The notes beneath the pieces are model-generated. The model was given only the letters and a program-made list of their open reading frames with translations. It was not told where the DNA came from and ran no database searches. The position numbers and the translations under genes are program-made. A stretch of DNA of 64,000 nt. Origin: Candidatus Termititenax sp. (GTDB lineage Bacteria > Margulisbacteria > Riflemargulisbacteria > GWF2-35-9 > DYQY01). Location of the stretch: contig DYQY01000002.1 of NCBI GenBank assembly GCA_020719045.1, positions 70,437-134,436 on the forward strand. The letters run 5' to 3'. Each line of letters opens with the position of its first letter. Within the stretch, counting starts at the first letter, position 1. Positions 50,767-61,246 of this stretch are shown here, in pieces.

Positions 50767-52574
50767 ATTCTTCCCTCAACCTGATACTGCTTTGCCATTC
50801 TTAAATTATCTACAGCAGTAACATTATTTGGGTCCACCTGGATAGCTCTCTGAAAATACTCAATTGCCATATCAATGTCTCCCTTTTTACCATAAGCTAA
50901 GCCAATATTGTTATATAAGCCTGAATGTCTAGGATTAATGATAATCCCCTGTCTGTAATAAAAAATAGCCTCATCAAGCCTACCCAACTTCTCCATAGCA
51001 ACTCCAATATTATTATAAGTTGCATCATACTTAGGTTCTTGTCTAATTGCCTTCTCAAAAAAACCAACCGCATCAATTAATCGATTCTCATGGATTGCTG
51101 CAATGCCTAAATTATTATAAATCCTATACAAGAGCGGATTGTTTGGGTCAGAATCAACTGCTTTTTGATAATATTTAATAGAGCCTTTTATATCACCTTT
51201 AGAAGACAATGCTGAACCAAGATTATTTAATACACTAAAATATGTTGGATTAATCTCTAAAGCTTGATGATAGACAGCTATCGCCTTATCCAATTGTCCC
51301 TTTTCGCTATATGAAAGCCCTAAATTATTAAAAATAAGGGGAGTACCAATCTCATACTTAAGCTGATGCTCAAACAAAGATATTGGTTCCTCCCAATAAG
51401 ACGCCTGAAGTTTTGCCAGTGGAACTTGAACAAAAATTAATATAACGACAATTACGGAATAAACAATTTCTCTGTTTTTATTTTTATTAACTAATTCATA
51501 CAACACCCAAGCAATAATTATACTTAACCCTATATAGGTGATATATGTATATCTATCTGCCATAGCTTGTGTTCCTACTTGCACTATCCCTATTACTGGC
51601 ACTAATGTACCTAAAAACCAAAACCAACCAACAATAAGATATTTTTTTGCCTTATGCTGCTGTAGGAAAAAGAGAGTAACAAAAGCAATTGCAATAAATG
51701 AAAAAATAAAAGCAAATATAGAAATATACTGATTGTAAGGATAAAAAACCACTAACGGGTGTGGCCAAAACAATTTACCGATATACTTAATAACTGCGAA
51801 CATTGCATTTTGTATTCTTAATAATATCGGGAATTGCGATACTGTCTGAACTGCTCCCATGCTCTGCTGTGCCCAAAAGGTTAATAATGAAGAAACTATG
51901 GTTAAAATGAAGAATGGTATCTTCTCAACAATAACCATTACCTTCAGTCTAGCTAAAGGCCAAAAATCCATAAGCAATAAAACAAATGGCAACGTAACAA
52001 GCATCGGCTTTGACATTAAACCCAAACCAAAAAAGACCAAAGTAACAACATAGCTAATCCACTTAATTACACCTCTGCCCTTAATGTATAAATAATACAT
52101 AATCATTGTTAAGAACAGAAAAAAAGCACTTAATACATCTTTTCGCTCGGCAATCCAAGCAACTGACTCAACGTGCGCTGGATGTAAGGCAAATATCACA
52201 CAAACCAATAAAGATGGCCACTTCATGCTAGTAAACAAATACAATAGAATAAATAACAAAAAAGTATTAACAATGTGAATTGCGACATTAACCACATGGT
52301 GACCAGCTGGATTAATACCAAAAACACTAAAATCAATCATATGAGATATCCAAGTAACTGGATGCCAGTTGTTTGAATGAACTGCTGTAAAACACCAAGT
52401 TAAACTTTCAATGTTTATACCCTTCTGAATATTGTAGTTTTCAGAAACATATTCGTTGTCATCATAATTAACATAAAGGAATTTACTGACATCAGAATAG
52501 ACATAAATACTGGTAATAACCAAAGCTACAAAGCAATAAATAAATAGTAAATTTCTTTTAATTTTATTAATCAT
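50763..52574 (-). CDS. Polytopic GT-C-like membrane protein (PMT/TMTC, DUF1736-like) fused to C-terminal TPR repeats
   Basis: About 11 TM helices with a NNWHPVTW...HHVVNVAIH motif typical of the PMT_2/TMTC family, followed by at least six TPR units (YNNLG...). Confidence 0.65.
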   Translation of the reverse strand: MINKIKRNLLFIYCFVALVITSIYVYSDVSKFLYVNYDDNEYVSENYNIQKGINIESLTWCFTAVHSNNWHPVTWISHMIDFSVFGINPAGHHVVNVAIHIVNTFLLFILLYLFTSMKWPSLLVCVIFALHPAHVESVAWIAERKDVLSAFFLFLTMIMYYLYIKGRGVIKWISYVVTLVFFGLGLMSKPMLVTLPFVLLLMDFWPLARLKVMVIVEKIPFFILTIVSSLLTFWAQQSMGAVQTVSQFPILLRIQNAMFAVIKYIGKLFWPHPLVVFYPYNQYISIFAFIFSFIAIAFVTLFFLQQHKAKKYLIVGWFWFLGTLVPVIGIVQVGTQAMADRYTYITYIGLSIIIAWVLYELVNKNKNREIVYSVIVVILIFVQVPLAKLQASYWEEPISLFEHQLKYEIGTPLIFNNLGLSYSEKGQLDKAIAVYHQALEINPTYFSVLNNLGSALSSKGDIKGSIKYYQKAVDSDPNNPLLYRIYNNLGIAAIHENRLIDAVGFFEKAIRQEPKYDATYNNIGVAMEKLGRLDEAIFYYRQGIIINPRHSGLYNNIGLAYGKKGDIDMAIEYFQRAIQVDPNNVTAVDNLRMAKQYQVEGRM

Positions 52575-52597
52575 TACCTAATTATCATACCAAAAGT

Positions 52598-53503
52598 ATG
52601 CAACTTTCTACAGCACCTTTCGATATATTAACCATGTACAATAAAATAATCTCTTGTAATTCCCCATCTGTAAGCAAACTTGACTCTGGCAAGCTTTGGA
52701 AGTTTCAGTCAAAACACAAAGCATTAGATTTGCTTCCACTACATCAATTAATACTACTACTTGGGCATTTTATACACCTAATCTCAATAGAGGTACATTT
52801 ATTAATACACGAACACCAAAGCACTCTAGAGCATTTTCTTAATAAAGTAATTGAGAGTACCTTTGATAAATATATTCAGTCCAAAATATCTGAGCGACTT
52901 ATTACTAACTTAAAAATTAATCATGACATGATTAAACAAGAAATAATTAAAAGCATAGGCAATCAAAGTAATACTGAAAAAATTAAATTATATAAAGCAT
53001 GCAAAAAGCAGGACGTTAATGCTTTATTAGAAAATATTCGAAACAACAAAACAGAAGAAAAATTATTACCCATGTATTATCTATTTCTAATTACATTGTC
53101 AATCAAAGATGACAAAAAATTAATTAATATGTCAGAAATATTAATTAATTTATCTTCTTGTGAGGAATTTCAAACTAATCCTTGTTTAAAAGGTTTGTTA
53201 ATCCTCTGCTTAATCCAACAAAACTTCAGCATTTCCGATGCTGAAATAATTCTTAAGAACTTAAAAGTATCAGGCGCTGGAGCCCATTTTATGCTTTTTC
53301 ATTATCTAGAATTATCATTGAAACACGATAATTATAATCAAGCACTAAACTTTGCTAACACATTAAAAAATAGAAATTTCCAAAAGAATGAATTGGATAT
53401 CTTGATGAATATGCCTTACTTAAAGCAACACAACATTACAAATTTAAATGAGTTAATCAGTTTATTAGAAGAAAAAATCAAAGAAGCGATTCCGCAACCT
53501 TAA
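52598..53503 (+). CDS. Hypothetical protein, helical, with no recognisable domain
   Basis: ORF only; divergent from the GT-C/GT2 pair; its 3' end overlaps the convergent gene by 26 nt. Confidence 0.35.
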   Translation: MQLSTAPFDILTMYNKIISCNSPSVSKLDSGKLWKFQSKHKALDLLPLHQLILLLGHFIHLISIEVHLLIHEHQSTLEHFLNKVIESTFDKYIQSKISERLITNLKINHDMIKQEIIKSIGNQSNTEKIKLYKACKKQDVNALLENIRNNKTEEKLLPMYYLFLITLSIKDDKKLINMSEILINLSSCEEFQTNPCLKGLLILCLIQQNFSISDAEIILKNLKVSGAGAHFMLFHYLELSLKHDNYNQALNFANTLKNRNFQKNELDILMNMPYLKQHNITNLNELISLLEEKIKEAIPQP

Positions 53504-55001
53504 TCCCATCTACAGCGCTAGAAATAATTCCACCACTGTGACCACTGCCTTCTCCTATAACATATAGGTTATCAAAACCAAAACAACGCAAACTATCATC
53601 ACGCAAGACTTGAATAGGTGATGATGTCTTACTTTCAAGCCCCATAATTTGCCCTTCTTCAAAACCTTTCATTTTACGACTAAAATCAACTAAACCAGAC
53701 CTCATAGCCTCGCTTAACTTACTAGGAAACATTTCCCATAATACTGTAGGCTCAAGCCCTAATGGATAACTAGTAGCCGTTAAAGGCAACGATTCTTTTT
53801 CCTTTATAAAATCAAAAATACTACAAGCTGGTATTTTGTAACTATTCGTTTTCTTAAAAAATGATTGTTCTAATTGATCTATCCAATCCAAAGACTCTAG
53901 TGGACTAACTTCTTTTTGTAATAAATCCTTTAAATCAACAGCTACCACACAAGCAGAATTTGCGAACTGTCCACTCCTGCTAAAATAACTCATTCCATTA
54001 ACAACACTACTACCTGCAACTGATGTTGAGGGGACTATTATCCCTCCAGGACACATACAAAAAGAATACACAGACAAACTATCAGAAGAATTATACGTTA
54101 GTCTGTACTCTGCAGAACTAACACTAGGAAGCGTTTCTCTGCCCCACTGAGCTTTATTTATTAAGGACTGAGGATGCTCAACTCTAGAACCGATTGCAAA
54201 ATTTTTGTTATTAAACTTTACCCCACGATTAATAAGCATCCTATAAGTAGAATAAGAAGAATGTCCTGGTGCAACAAAATAATAATCAGCAACTATGACA
54301 CCTTTGCTTGTCTTAGCCTCAACAACTTTACCATTCTTAACAACAATATCTTCCAGTGCTGTCTCGAACTCAATCTTTCCACCTATTTCCTGAAACCTTT
54401 CTCTAAGTTTTTTGACAAGTGTAATAAGGTTATCACTACCTAAATGTGGATGAGATAAATAAGCGATTTCTTCTGGCGCACCTGCCTCAATATAGCTATC
54501 TAAAACAAATTGTTTTTCCTGAGAAGCATGCTTACTTCTAGCAGTTAATTTGCCATCTGAAAATGTTCCTGCGCCACCCTCACCAGTAGCATAGTTTGCT
54601 AAAACATCAAACTGACCTGTGGATTCAAAATTTTTAATTGCACTAGCTCTAGCGATTACCTCTTTGCCTTGTTCAATTATAGTTGTCTGAAACCCTGCTT
54701 TTTGTAAAACATAAGCAGAGAAAAAACCAGCTGGACCACTCCCAACAACTAAAACTTTTTGTGATCTTTTCTTATAAGGAATATTTAGTTTAGCTGGTTT
54801 TGGTGAAAATCCTTTAATTGATTTAGCAAACACCTCAACATTAATCTGCCAATGTATATTTCCTTTGTTTCTAGCATCTAAACTTTTTGTTTCAATATTA
54901 TAAATAAACTCAGACAACCGAATTTTCTTTGCTATCTTTGTGCGCAAATCTTCATCTGTATAGTCAGTCGGTAAATTAAAACTAAGTTTTTGGTATCCCA
55001 T
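53478..55001 (-). CDS. FAD-dependent dehydrogenase (COG2509-like)
   Basis: VLVVGSGPAGFFSA FAD-binding motif after a ~90-aa N-terminal domain; 507 aa. Confidence 0.6.
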   Translation of the reverse strand: MGYQKLSFNLPTDYTDEDLRTKIAKKIRLSEFIYNIETKSLDARNKGNIHWQINVEVFAKSIKGFSPKPAKLNIPYKKRSQKVLVVGSGPAGFFSAYVLQKAGFQTTIIEQGKEVIARASAIKNFESTGQFDVLANYATGEGGAGTFSDGKLTARSKHASQEKQFVLDSYIEAGAPEEIAYLSHPHLGSDNLITLVKKLRERFQEIGGKIEFETALEDIVVKNGKVVEAKTSKGVIVADYYFVAPGHSSYSTYRMLINRGVKFNNKNFAIGSRVEHPQSLINKAQWGRETLPSVSSAEYRLTYNSSDSLSVYSFCMCPGGIIVPSTSVAGSSVVNGMSYFSRSGQFANSACVVAVDLKDLLQKEVSPLESLDWIDQLEQSFFKKTNSYKIPACSIFDFIKEKESLPLTATSYPLGLEPTVLWEMFPSKLSEAMRSGLVDFSRKMKGFEEGQIMGLESKTSSPIQVLRDDSLRCFGFDNLYVIGEGSGHSGGIISSAVDGIKVAESLL

Positions 55002-55003
55002 AC

Positions 55004-55771
55004 TTAGCTCACCAACTCGTACAGAATTATTCCTGCAGCAACAGCAACATTTAATGATTCCATCTCGGATGACATTTTAATATTAATAAATTTGTCTGTT
55101 ATTTTTTCAATTTCTGCACTCACGCCATGTGACTCACTACCAAGAACTAAACAAAAATGTTTTGCTTGTTTCATGGACTTTAAATTCTCACCTTGTTTCA
55201 CATTAGTTGAAATAGTTGGCATTTTCTCTTTAATCTTCTTTATTAAATCTAAACTCTTATTATCTTCTTCTATGTTCAGTTTAAATATAGCATCCTTGCT
55301 TGAATTCACTGTCTTAGGATTATACAAATCAACACAACGACTATCTACCACAACATTCCTTAATCCAAAAGCAATTGCAGTTCTAAGTATTGTCCCTAAG
55401 TTCCCTGGATCACTTACTCCATTCAAATATAAAACAGAACTCGTCATGTCTATCTTAGATGAAACCTTCTTATAAACCGCACAAATCCCAGAAGGAGTAT
55501 CAAGCACTGAAAAAGCTTTATTAATCTTCTCATCTATCACAAAATAGTTAGTCAAAAGCTTAGTAATTGCAATGACTTTATCATTATTCTTACTTAAAAG
55601 TTCCTTAGTTATATATACTGTCTCTGGCTTAATCCCTTGAGCTAATGCATCATGGATAGTTACCAAATTCTCAACCAAAAACTTTCCAAACTTATCTCTA
55701 TATTTCTTTTGAGACAATCTACTTAAAAAATTAATTTTCTCATTAGACTTACTGGTTATAATATTTTGCAT
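55004..55771 (-). CDS. TrmH/SpoU family RNA 2'-O-methyltransferase (RlmB-like). The start is set at the internal Met because the longer ORF overlaps tRNA-His.
   Basis: SPOUT C-terminal motifs LVLGSESHGVS and ESLNVAVAAGIILYE. Confidence 0.75.
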   Translation of the reverse strand: MQNIITSKSNEKINFLSRLSQKKYRDKFGKFLVENLVTIHDALAQGIKPETVYITKELLSKNNDKVIAITKLLTNYFVIDEKINKAFSVLDTPSGICAVYKKVSSKIDMTSSVLYLNGVSDPGNLGTILRTAIAFGLRNVVVDSRCVDLYNPKTVNSSKDAIFKLNIEEDNKSLDLIKKIKEKMPTISTNVKQGENLKSMKQAKHFCLVLGSESHGVSAEIEKITDKFINIKMSSEMESLNVAVAAGIILYELVS

Positions 55772-55792
55772 AGGGATAGTATAGCACAAATC

Positions 55793-55869
55793 TGGGGTGA
55801 CTGATGGGGTTTGAACCCACGACAACCGGAACCACAATCCGGGGCTCTACCAACTGAGCTACAGCCACC
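55793..55869 (-). tRNA. tRNA-His (anticodon GTG), with an encoded G-1
   Basis: Near-identical architecture to E. coli tRNA-His: G-1, GTGGCTG acceptor, anticodon loop TTGTGGT, encoded CCA. Confidence 0.85.
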
Positions 55870-55882
55870 ATAATAAAAAAAT

Positions 55883-55959
55883 TGGCGCGCCCGAGACGAT
55901 TCGAACGTCTGGCCTACGGCTTAGAAGGCCGTTGCTCTATCCAGCTGAGCTACGGGCGC
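55883..55959 (-). tRNA. tRNA-Arg (anticodon TCT)
   Basis: Acceptor GCGCCCG, anticodon stem ACGGC/GCCGT, loop CTTCTAA, T-loop TTCGAAT, encoded CCA. Confidence 0.85.
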
Positions 55960-55998
55960 TCTTGAAACTAATAACTAAAAAAAGACCTGAATCTTTTA

Positions 55999-56075
55999 GT
56001 GGAGCGGGAGACCAGTCTCGAACTGGCGACCCCCAGCTTGGAAGGCTAGTGCTCTACCAACTGAGCTACTCCCGC
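55999..56075 (-). tRNA. tRNA-Gly (anticodon TCC)
   Basis: Acceptor GCGGGAG, anticodon loop CTTCCAA, encoded CCA. Confidence 0.8.
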
Positions 56076-56147
56076 ACACACACCTGTTGTTTTCACAACC
56101 GGCACAATATTATAACATGTCTACCAGATTTGAAAATACTCAAATCA

Positions 56148-57506
56148 CTATACTTTTGGTAGCTTCAATAGTGCTTTCTTAATCTCATCTTCAGGGTACT
56201 CAAAATCCTCAAGCTTATTCTCGAAATACTTCTGATATGAAGTCATATCAAAATGACCATGACCTGAACAATTAAATAAAATAGTTCTTTCTTTACCTTC
56301 TTCTTTAGCTTTTAGGGCTTCTTCGATAGCACCTTTAACTGCATGAGCTGTCTCTGGGGCTACAATATGACCTTCTGTTTTTGCAAAAAGAATAGCAGCA
56401 TCAAACACTGGTTTCTGATGATAAGCAACTGCTTCTACTAAATTTTCTTGAACTAATTTTGATACTATTGGAGCCATTCCATGATATCTTAATCCTCCAG
56501 CATGAATAGATGCAGGAACAAAATCATGCCCCAATGTATGCATCTTTACTACTGGTGCCATCTTTGCAGTATCTCCATAATCATATGCATAAATACCTTT
56601 TGTAAGTGTAGGACAGGCTGTTGGCTCTACGGCAACTAATCGCACATTCTTTGAACCATGAATTTTATCATAAGCAAATGGAGTAGCTATTCCGCCAAAA
56701 TTAGAACCACCACCAACACAACCAATAACTACATCCGGATAATCTCCAACTTTCTTAAACTGTTCCTTACACTCTAAACCAATGACAGATTGATGTAACA
56801 ATACATGATTAAGTACTGAACCTAACGCATAGTTTGTATCTTTATTCTTAAGCGCAACCTCTACTGCCTCACTTATTGCAATCCCTAATGAACCAGGACA
56901 ATTAGGGTCTTCTTTTAATATATTTCTACCAGAATCTGTTGTATTTGAAGGAGATGAAATACATTTACCGCCCCAAGTCTCCATCATAAGCCTTCTTGAA
57001 GGCTTCATGTCATAACTACACTTAACCATATACACCAATACTTCTATTCCAAACATACTTCCAGCTAAGCTAAGAGAACTACCCCACTGACCTGCGCCTG
57101 TCTCAGTTGATAATTTATTGATACCTTCTTTTTTATTATAATAAGCTTGAGCAATAGCAGTATTTGGTTTATGCGAGCCTGCTGGTGATACACCCTCCCA
57201 TTTATAATAAATCTTGGCTGGTGTTCCTAATGCTTGCTCCAACCCATAAGCCCTATACATTGGTGACGGTCTCCAAATAGATAATTTATCCATAACTTCT
57301 GAAGGAATATCAATCCATCTTTGTGATGACATCTCCTGCTCAATTAGTGCCATAGGAAATATTGCAGACAATAAATCTGGTGTAGCAGGCTCTAATGTTA
57401 CTGGATGTAATGGTGGGTCTATTGGACTACTTAAATCAGCTAAAATATTGTACCATTGCTTTGGCATTTCTTTTTCAGTAAGTGTAATTTTTCTTTCCAT
57501 GCTCAA
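56148..57506 (-). CDS. trpB2: Tryptophan synthase beta chain-like PLP enzyme, TrpB2 type (stand-alone)
   Basis: 452 aa; N-terminal EKEMPKQWYNILADL and the PLP-lysine region SPAGSHKPNTA, typical of TrpB2. Confidence 0.8.
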   Translation of the reverse strand: MSMERKITLTEKEMPKQWYNILADLSSPIDPPLHPVTLEPATPDLLSAIFPMALIEQEMSSQRWIDIPSEVMDKLSIWRPSPMYRAYGLEQALGTPAKIYYKWEGVSPAGSHKPNTAIAQAYYNKKEGINKLSTETGAGQWGSSLSLAGSMFGIEVLVYMVKCSYDMKPSRRLMMETWGGKCISSPSNTTDSGRNILKEDPNCPGSLGIAISEAVEVALKNKDTNYALGSVLNHVLLHQSVIGLECKEQFKKVGDYPDVVIGCVGGGSNFGGIATPFAYDKIHGSKNVRLVAVEPTACPTLTKGIYAYDYGDTAKMAPVVKMHTLGHDFVPASIHAGGLRYHGMAPIVSKLVQENLVEAVAYHQKPVFDAAILFAKTEGHIVAPETAHAVKGAIEEALKAKEEGKERTILFNCSGHGHFDMTSYQKYFENKLEDFEYPEDEIKKALLKLPKV

Positions 57507-57604
57507 CTCCTAAAATATTATGATATTATTATGTTACTGTAGACAGTATCGTTTGTCTAGAAAGCCCAAAACAATTCTCATCAATAATTTTATAAATCGA
57601 CAAC

Positions 57605-57633
57605 TTGCCAATCTAACTGTTTATAGCTACAAT
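57605..57633 (+). promoter_or_regulatory. Sigma70-like promoter TTGCCA-17-TACAAT driving tRNA-Pro
   Basis: Hexamers and 17-bp spacer read directly, about 20 nt upstream of the tRNA 5' end. Confidence 0.5.
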
Positions 57634-57653
57634 ATCCTTTGCATTTTAAAAGT

Positions 57654-57731
57654 CGGGGTATAGCGCAGTCCGGTTAGCGCACTTGTTTTGGGAACAAGGG
57701 GCCGCAAGTTCGAATCTTGCTACCCCGACCA
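57654..57731 (+). tRNA. tRNA-Pro (anticodon TGG)
   Basis: Acceptor CGGGGTA, anticodon stem CTTGT/ACAAG, loop TTTGGGA, T-loop TTCGAAT, encoded CCA. Confidence 0.85.
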
Positions 57732-57740
57732 TTTTAAAAG

Positions 57741-58337
57741 ATGCATGTTATACTTACCTATATGGAAAAAAATCAAATTACTATAGCTCCCGTTAACAAT
57801 ACTCCAATAGATTTTATTGCACATAGCAAAATGCTATTACCAGAAATAGCCACACTTCTACCTACTGATATTTATCACACCAAAACAATCGCAACGATAA
57901 TTGGAATGATTGCGGAAAACAATAAACATAATGAAAACAACAAAATAAGCATCATAATTGAAAAGGATGATACCAATCTAAAAATAACCGCAAATGACGA
58001 AGGACCAGGATTTAGCGCACCAATATTAACCTGTATAAAGGAAAGCTTCACAACCTACACCAAAAGCGCCGGACAAGGGCTATTTTCGCTTCTACTTATT
58101 ACTATTTCCTGCAATGGAACTATTATTATTGAAAGCAAAAAGATGAAAGAAAAATACTCCTTTCAAAAGGCTATTCAAAACAACACACAACAAATAATGA
58201 TTGATGATGTTATTTCAGCCATCAAGGCAAATTATGAAAATAAAGAATACGGATTAATAACTAAGATTATAATACCTCTTAACAGTCTAAATAAACAAAC
58301 AGCTCATCTAAACCTTGACTCATATATTAACTGGTAA
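57741..58337 (+). CDS. GHKL (HATPase_c) ATPase-like protein, resembling RsbW/SpoIIAB-type anti-sigma serine kinases
   Basis: G1-box NDEGPGF and G2-box GQGLFSL in the correct order and spacing; 198 aa; begins 10 nt after tRNA-Pro. Confidence 0.5.
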   Translation: MHVILTYMEKNQITIAPVNNTPIDFIAHSKMLLPEIATLLPTDIYHTKTIATIIGMIAENNKHNENNKISIIIEKDDTNLKITANDEGPGFSAPILTCIKESFTTYTKSAGQGLFSLLLITISCNGTIIIESKKMKEKYSFQKAIQNNTQQIMIDDVISAIKANYENKEYGLITKIIIPLNSLNKQTAHLNLDSYINW

Positions 58338-58356
58338 CGACAAACCAAGTAGGTAA

Positions 58357-60366
58357 TTAACTCTCTAAAACGTCTTTTAATGTCTGAGACAATCTTCTAA
58401 TGTTTTGAATTAATTTAACATTCATATCAGTAGCTTGGGTCAAATCAAAAGCTGAAGCAGATACTTCTCCTGCAATAGCATTATTGCCACATGCAATATT
58501 CTCAATCTCTTTTGTTTCTAAAAGCATCTGTTCAGTACTAGCTTGAATAAGATCTAACTCATCAATACTCTTTGAAAAAATCTCTGAAACACCTGTTGAA
58601 CTATCAGCAATTGCTTTAGAAGAATCAGCCAATGATTTAATTGAAACAGAATTCTCATCTACAGAAGCAAACAATTGTTCAGTTATACGCATTACACTAT
58701 CAAAGCTACTAGACATGGTTTCTGAGGCACTATAGATACTCTCAACCATACTAACTGTATTATCAACAGCATCTATTATATTTAACAATGCGACTTTAGC
58801 ATTTTCCGTTTGTGTAACCCCATGTTCTACCTGAACATTGCTCTTATCCATAGACTCAACAGCCTCTTTAGTAATCTTTTGGATGGTATATAGAAGGTCA
58901 GCTATCTCTTTTGTGGCCTTTCCAGACTTCTCTGCAAGCTTCCTTACCTCATCAGCGACAACAACGAAGCCTACCCCAGCCTCTCCAGCTCTTGCTGCTT
59001 CTATTGCAGCATTAAGCGCTAGTAAGTTAGTTTGGTCTGCTATATCGTCAATAATATCAATTATGTCTTCTATCCGCTTTGAATACTGTGCCAAATCGCT
59101 AATTTTCTTCGAAGAATCTAAAACAATATTTCTAATATCATTCATTTCTTGATGAATGTTTTCAACACTTATCTTCCCTTTTTCTGCTACCTCAGCTGAG
59201 GCGATTGAACTGTTATAAACATTTTTTGTATTGTCTTTGATTTTATTAACTGCCTCGAGAGTACCTGACATATTATCACTTGTAAGCTCTATTTTATCTC
59301 TCTGAATCTGAGCATTTTCATTTAATATTTGTATTAACTTATTAGTATTTTGTAAGGCAATAGTATTATTCTGAACGCTTTGATTTTGGACCTTAACATT
59401 ATCATTAATATTTTTCACACTCTGACCTACTTGATCAATTGCACCAGTAACAGTTGTTAGTCTATCGGTTTGAGACATCGCACCTTTTGCAACCTCTAGA
59501 AGTGCAGTCGTAAGCTTATGAAAATTAGCAGATATTTCAGAAACATTCTTCTCCAAAGAATCAAGATTCGCATGCAAATCATCTGACAAACTATTTGATT
59601 TATGAACAAATTCTTTAAAGTAAGCGACAAGTCTTAAATACTCATTTTTTAAAGGAACAAAAGTTGCACAAACATCAAACTTTGGCTCGTACTTAAGCAC
59701 ATTATCACATAAAGAAGTCATCTCATTTAAAAAACGTTTTACGTCGTATGCTACCCTTATTTTTTTAATTATTACATAGGAAATAATTGCCAAAACATAA
59801 CCAAATAAAGATAACACAAACAACAAAGAAATAGAATTGTCTTTGTCTTGAACATTTTTTGCAACAGAATCTGTACCAATAATAATACCACTTTCACTTA
59901 AAAGCTTAGCAACAGCTATTTTCCTAACAACCCCACCATTCTCAACGGAAGAATAATATATAACAGAAGCTTCACCTTTTTGCTTTACATTATTTATTAA
60001 CTCTTTCAAAAAGGGAGTGCCTTTTTGATCTTTAAACCCAGCAATTGTAAGCTTATTTATTAAATAGCCCATTGGATGATATAAAACTTTATCATATTTA
60101 CTTATTGCCCAAAAATACTTACTTCCTGACTTAAAATCTTTAATTAAAGCTATCTTGCCTTCTACGGAATTAATTCTATCTAAAGCACTTGAAAGTGAAT
60201 CAAGTTGTTCAATTACTTTTTCCTTAATAATTACATCATCATTTGAGCTGTGATGATTATTAATATGAAACAAAATGGTGAAGGTAAGAAATACAGAAAC
60301 ACCAACAAAAAGTATTGGAATAAAATAAAATAACTCATACTTTCTACAACTTAATTTATTAATCAA
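58357..60366 (-). CDS. Methyl-accepting chemotaxis protein
   Basis: N-terminal TM, periplasmic sensor, second TM, and the conserved MCP signalling domain ([34 protein letters not shown]). Confidence 0.9.
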   Translation of the reverse strand: MINKLSCRKYELFYFIPILFVGVSVFLTFTILFHINNHHSSNDDVIIKEKVIEQLDSLSSALDRINSVEGKIALIKDFKSGSKYFWAISKYDKVLYHPMGYLINKLTIAGFKDQKGTPFLKELINNVKQKGEASVIYYSSVENGGVVRKIAVAKLLSESGIIIGTDSVAKNVQDKDNSISLLFVLSLFGYVLAIISYVIIKKIRVAYDVKRFLNEMTSLCDNVLKYEPKFDVCATFVPLKNEYLRLVAYFKEFVHKSNSLSDDLHANLDSLEKNVSEISANFHKLTTALLEVAKGAMSQTDRLTTVTGAIDQVGQSVKNINDNVKVQNQSVQNNTIALQNTNKLIQILNENAQIQRDKIELTSDNMSGTLEAVNKIKDNTKNVYNSSIASAEVAEKGKISVENIHQEMNDIRNIVLDSSKKISDLAQYSKRIEDIIDIIDDIADQTNLLALNAAIEAARAGEAGVGFVVVADEVRKLAEKSGKATKEIADLLYTIQKITKEAVESMDKSNVQVEHGVTQTENAKVALLNIIDAVDNTVSMVESIYSASETMSSSFDSVMRITEQLFASVDENSVSIKSLADSSKAIADSSTGVSEIFSKSIDELDLIQASTEQMLLETKEIENIACGNNAIAGEVSASAFDLTQATDMNVKLIQNIRRLSQTLKDVLES

Positions 60367-60396
60367 AGTTTAGCCCCCATTAAAACCATCAATACT

Positions 60397-61245
60397 TTAT
60401 AGTTTAGTCAAAAAAAGGTACTCTGACAATGCTTCTGACCATTCTCTTACGTTATAACCTAACGTATCTTGTAACTTTTGATTACTAAATATGCTATACC
60501 TTGGTCTTTTAGCTTTTGAAATAAATTCTTCACTTGAAACAGGAAAACAATCTACCTTTATAGAACTTAACTCAAAAATCTTTTTAGCAAACTCATACCA
60601 AGAACAATGACCATTATTTACAGCATGAAAGATACCTTTAGCATCATTTTCAAGTAAATCAAGTGTCCATAAAGCCAAATCCTTTGCAAAAGTTGGACAA
60701 CCAACTTGGTCATTCACAACCCTTACTTCCCCTCTTTCTTTAGCAAGTCTCAGCATTGTTGAAACGAAATTTTTCCCATTACTACCATACAACCAGGCAG
60801 TCCTCAGAAGTAAGAAGTTTCCATTTCCCAACACTTCTTGTAAATACTCCTCACCACGAAGCTTACTCTTTCCATAAACACTAACAGGAGCAGCTGCAGC
60901 ATCTTCTAAGTATGGATTTTGAGCATCGCCTGAAAATACATAATCAGTAGAAAAATGAACTAACTTTGCTCCAAGGCTTAAAGCCAGCTCTGCAATATTC
61001 TTAACGCCATCAGCATTAACAGCAAACGCAACAGTACTGTCATCCTCTGCATTGTCTACAGCTGTATATGCTGCACAATTTATTATCACGTTGGGAACAT
61101 TTTTCTCTATAACCACTAATGAATCACTTTTAGTAATGTCTATTTCATTTATTGTATATGAAGAAAAATCAATCACTCTTTCTTTGCATAAAAGAACAAA
61201 TTCACTACCAAGCATCCCGTCAGCACCAATAATTGCTATTTTCAT
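60397..61245 (-). CDS. rfbD: dTDP-4-dehydrorhamnose reductase
   Basis: RmlD family; N-terminus MKIAIIGADGMLG; 282 aa. Confidence 0.75.
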   Translation of the reverse strand: MKIAIIGADGMLGSEFVLLCKERVIDFSSYTINEIDITKSDSLVVIEKNVPNVIINCAAYTAVDNAEDDSTVAFAVNADGVKNIAELALSLGAKLVHFSTDYVFSGDAQNPYLEDAAAAPVSVYGKSKLRGEEYLQEVLGNGNFLLLRTAWLYGSNGKNFVSTMLRLAKERGEVRVVNDQVGCPTFAKDLALWTLDLLENDAKGIFHAVNNGHCSWYEFAKKIFELSSIKVDCFPVSSEEFISKAKRPRYSIFSNQKLQDTLGYNVREWSEALSEYLFLTKL

Positions 61246-61246
61246 A

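Noticed and set aside
55932-56162. 76-aa ORF on the plus strand
   Set aside because: It overlaps tRNA-Arg(TCT) and tRNA-Gly on the opposite strand and is an artefact of the tRNA sequence.
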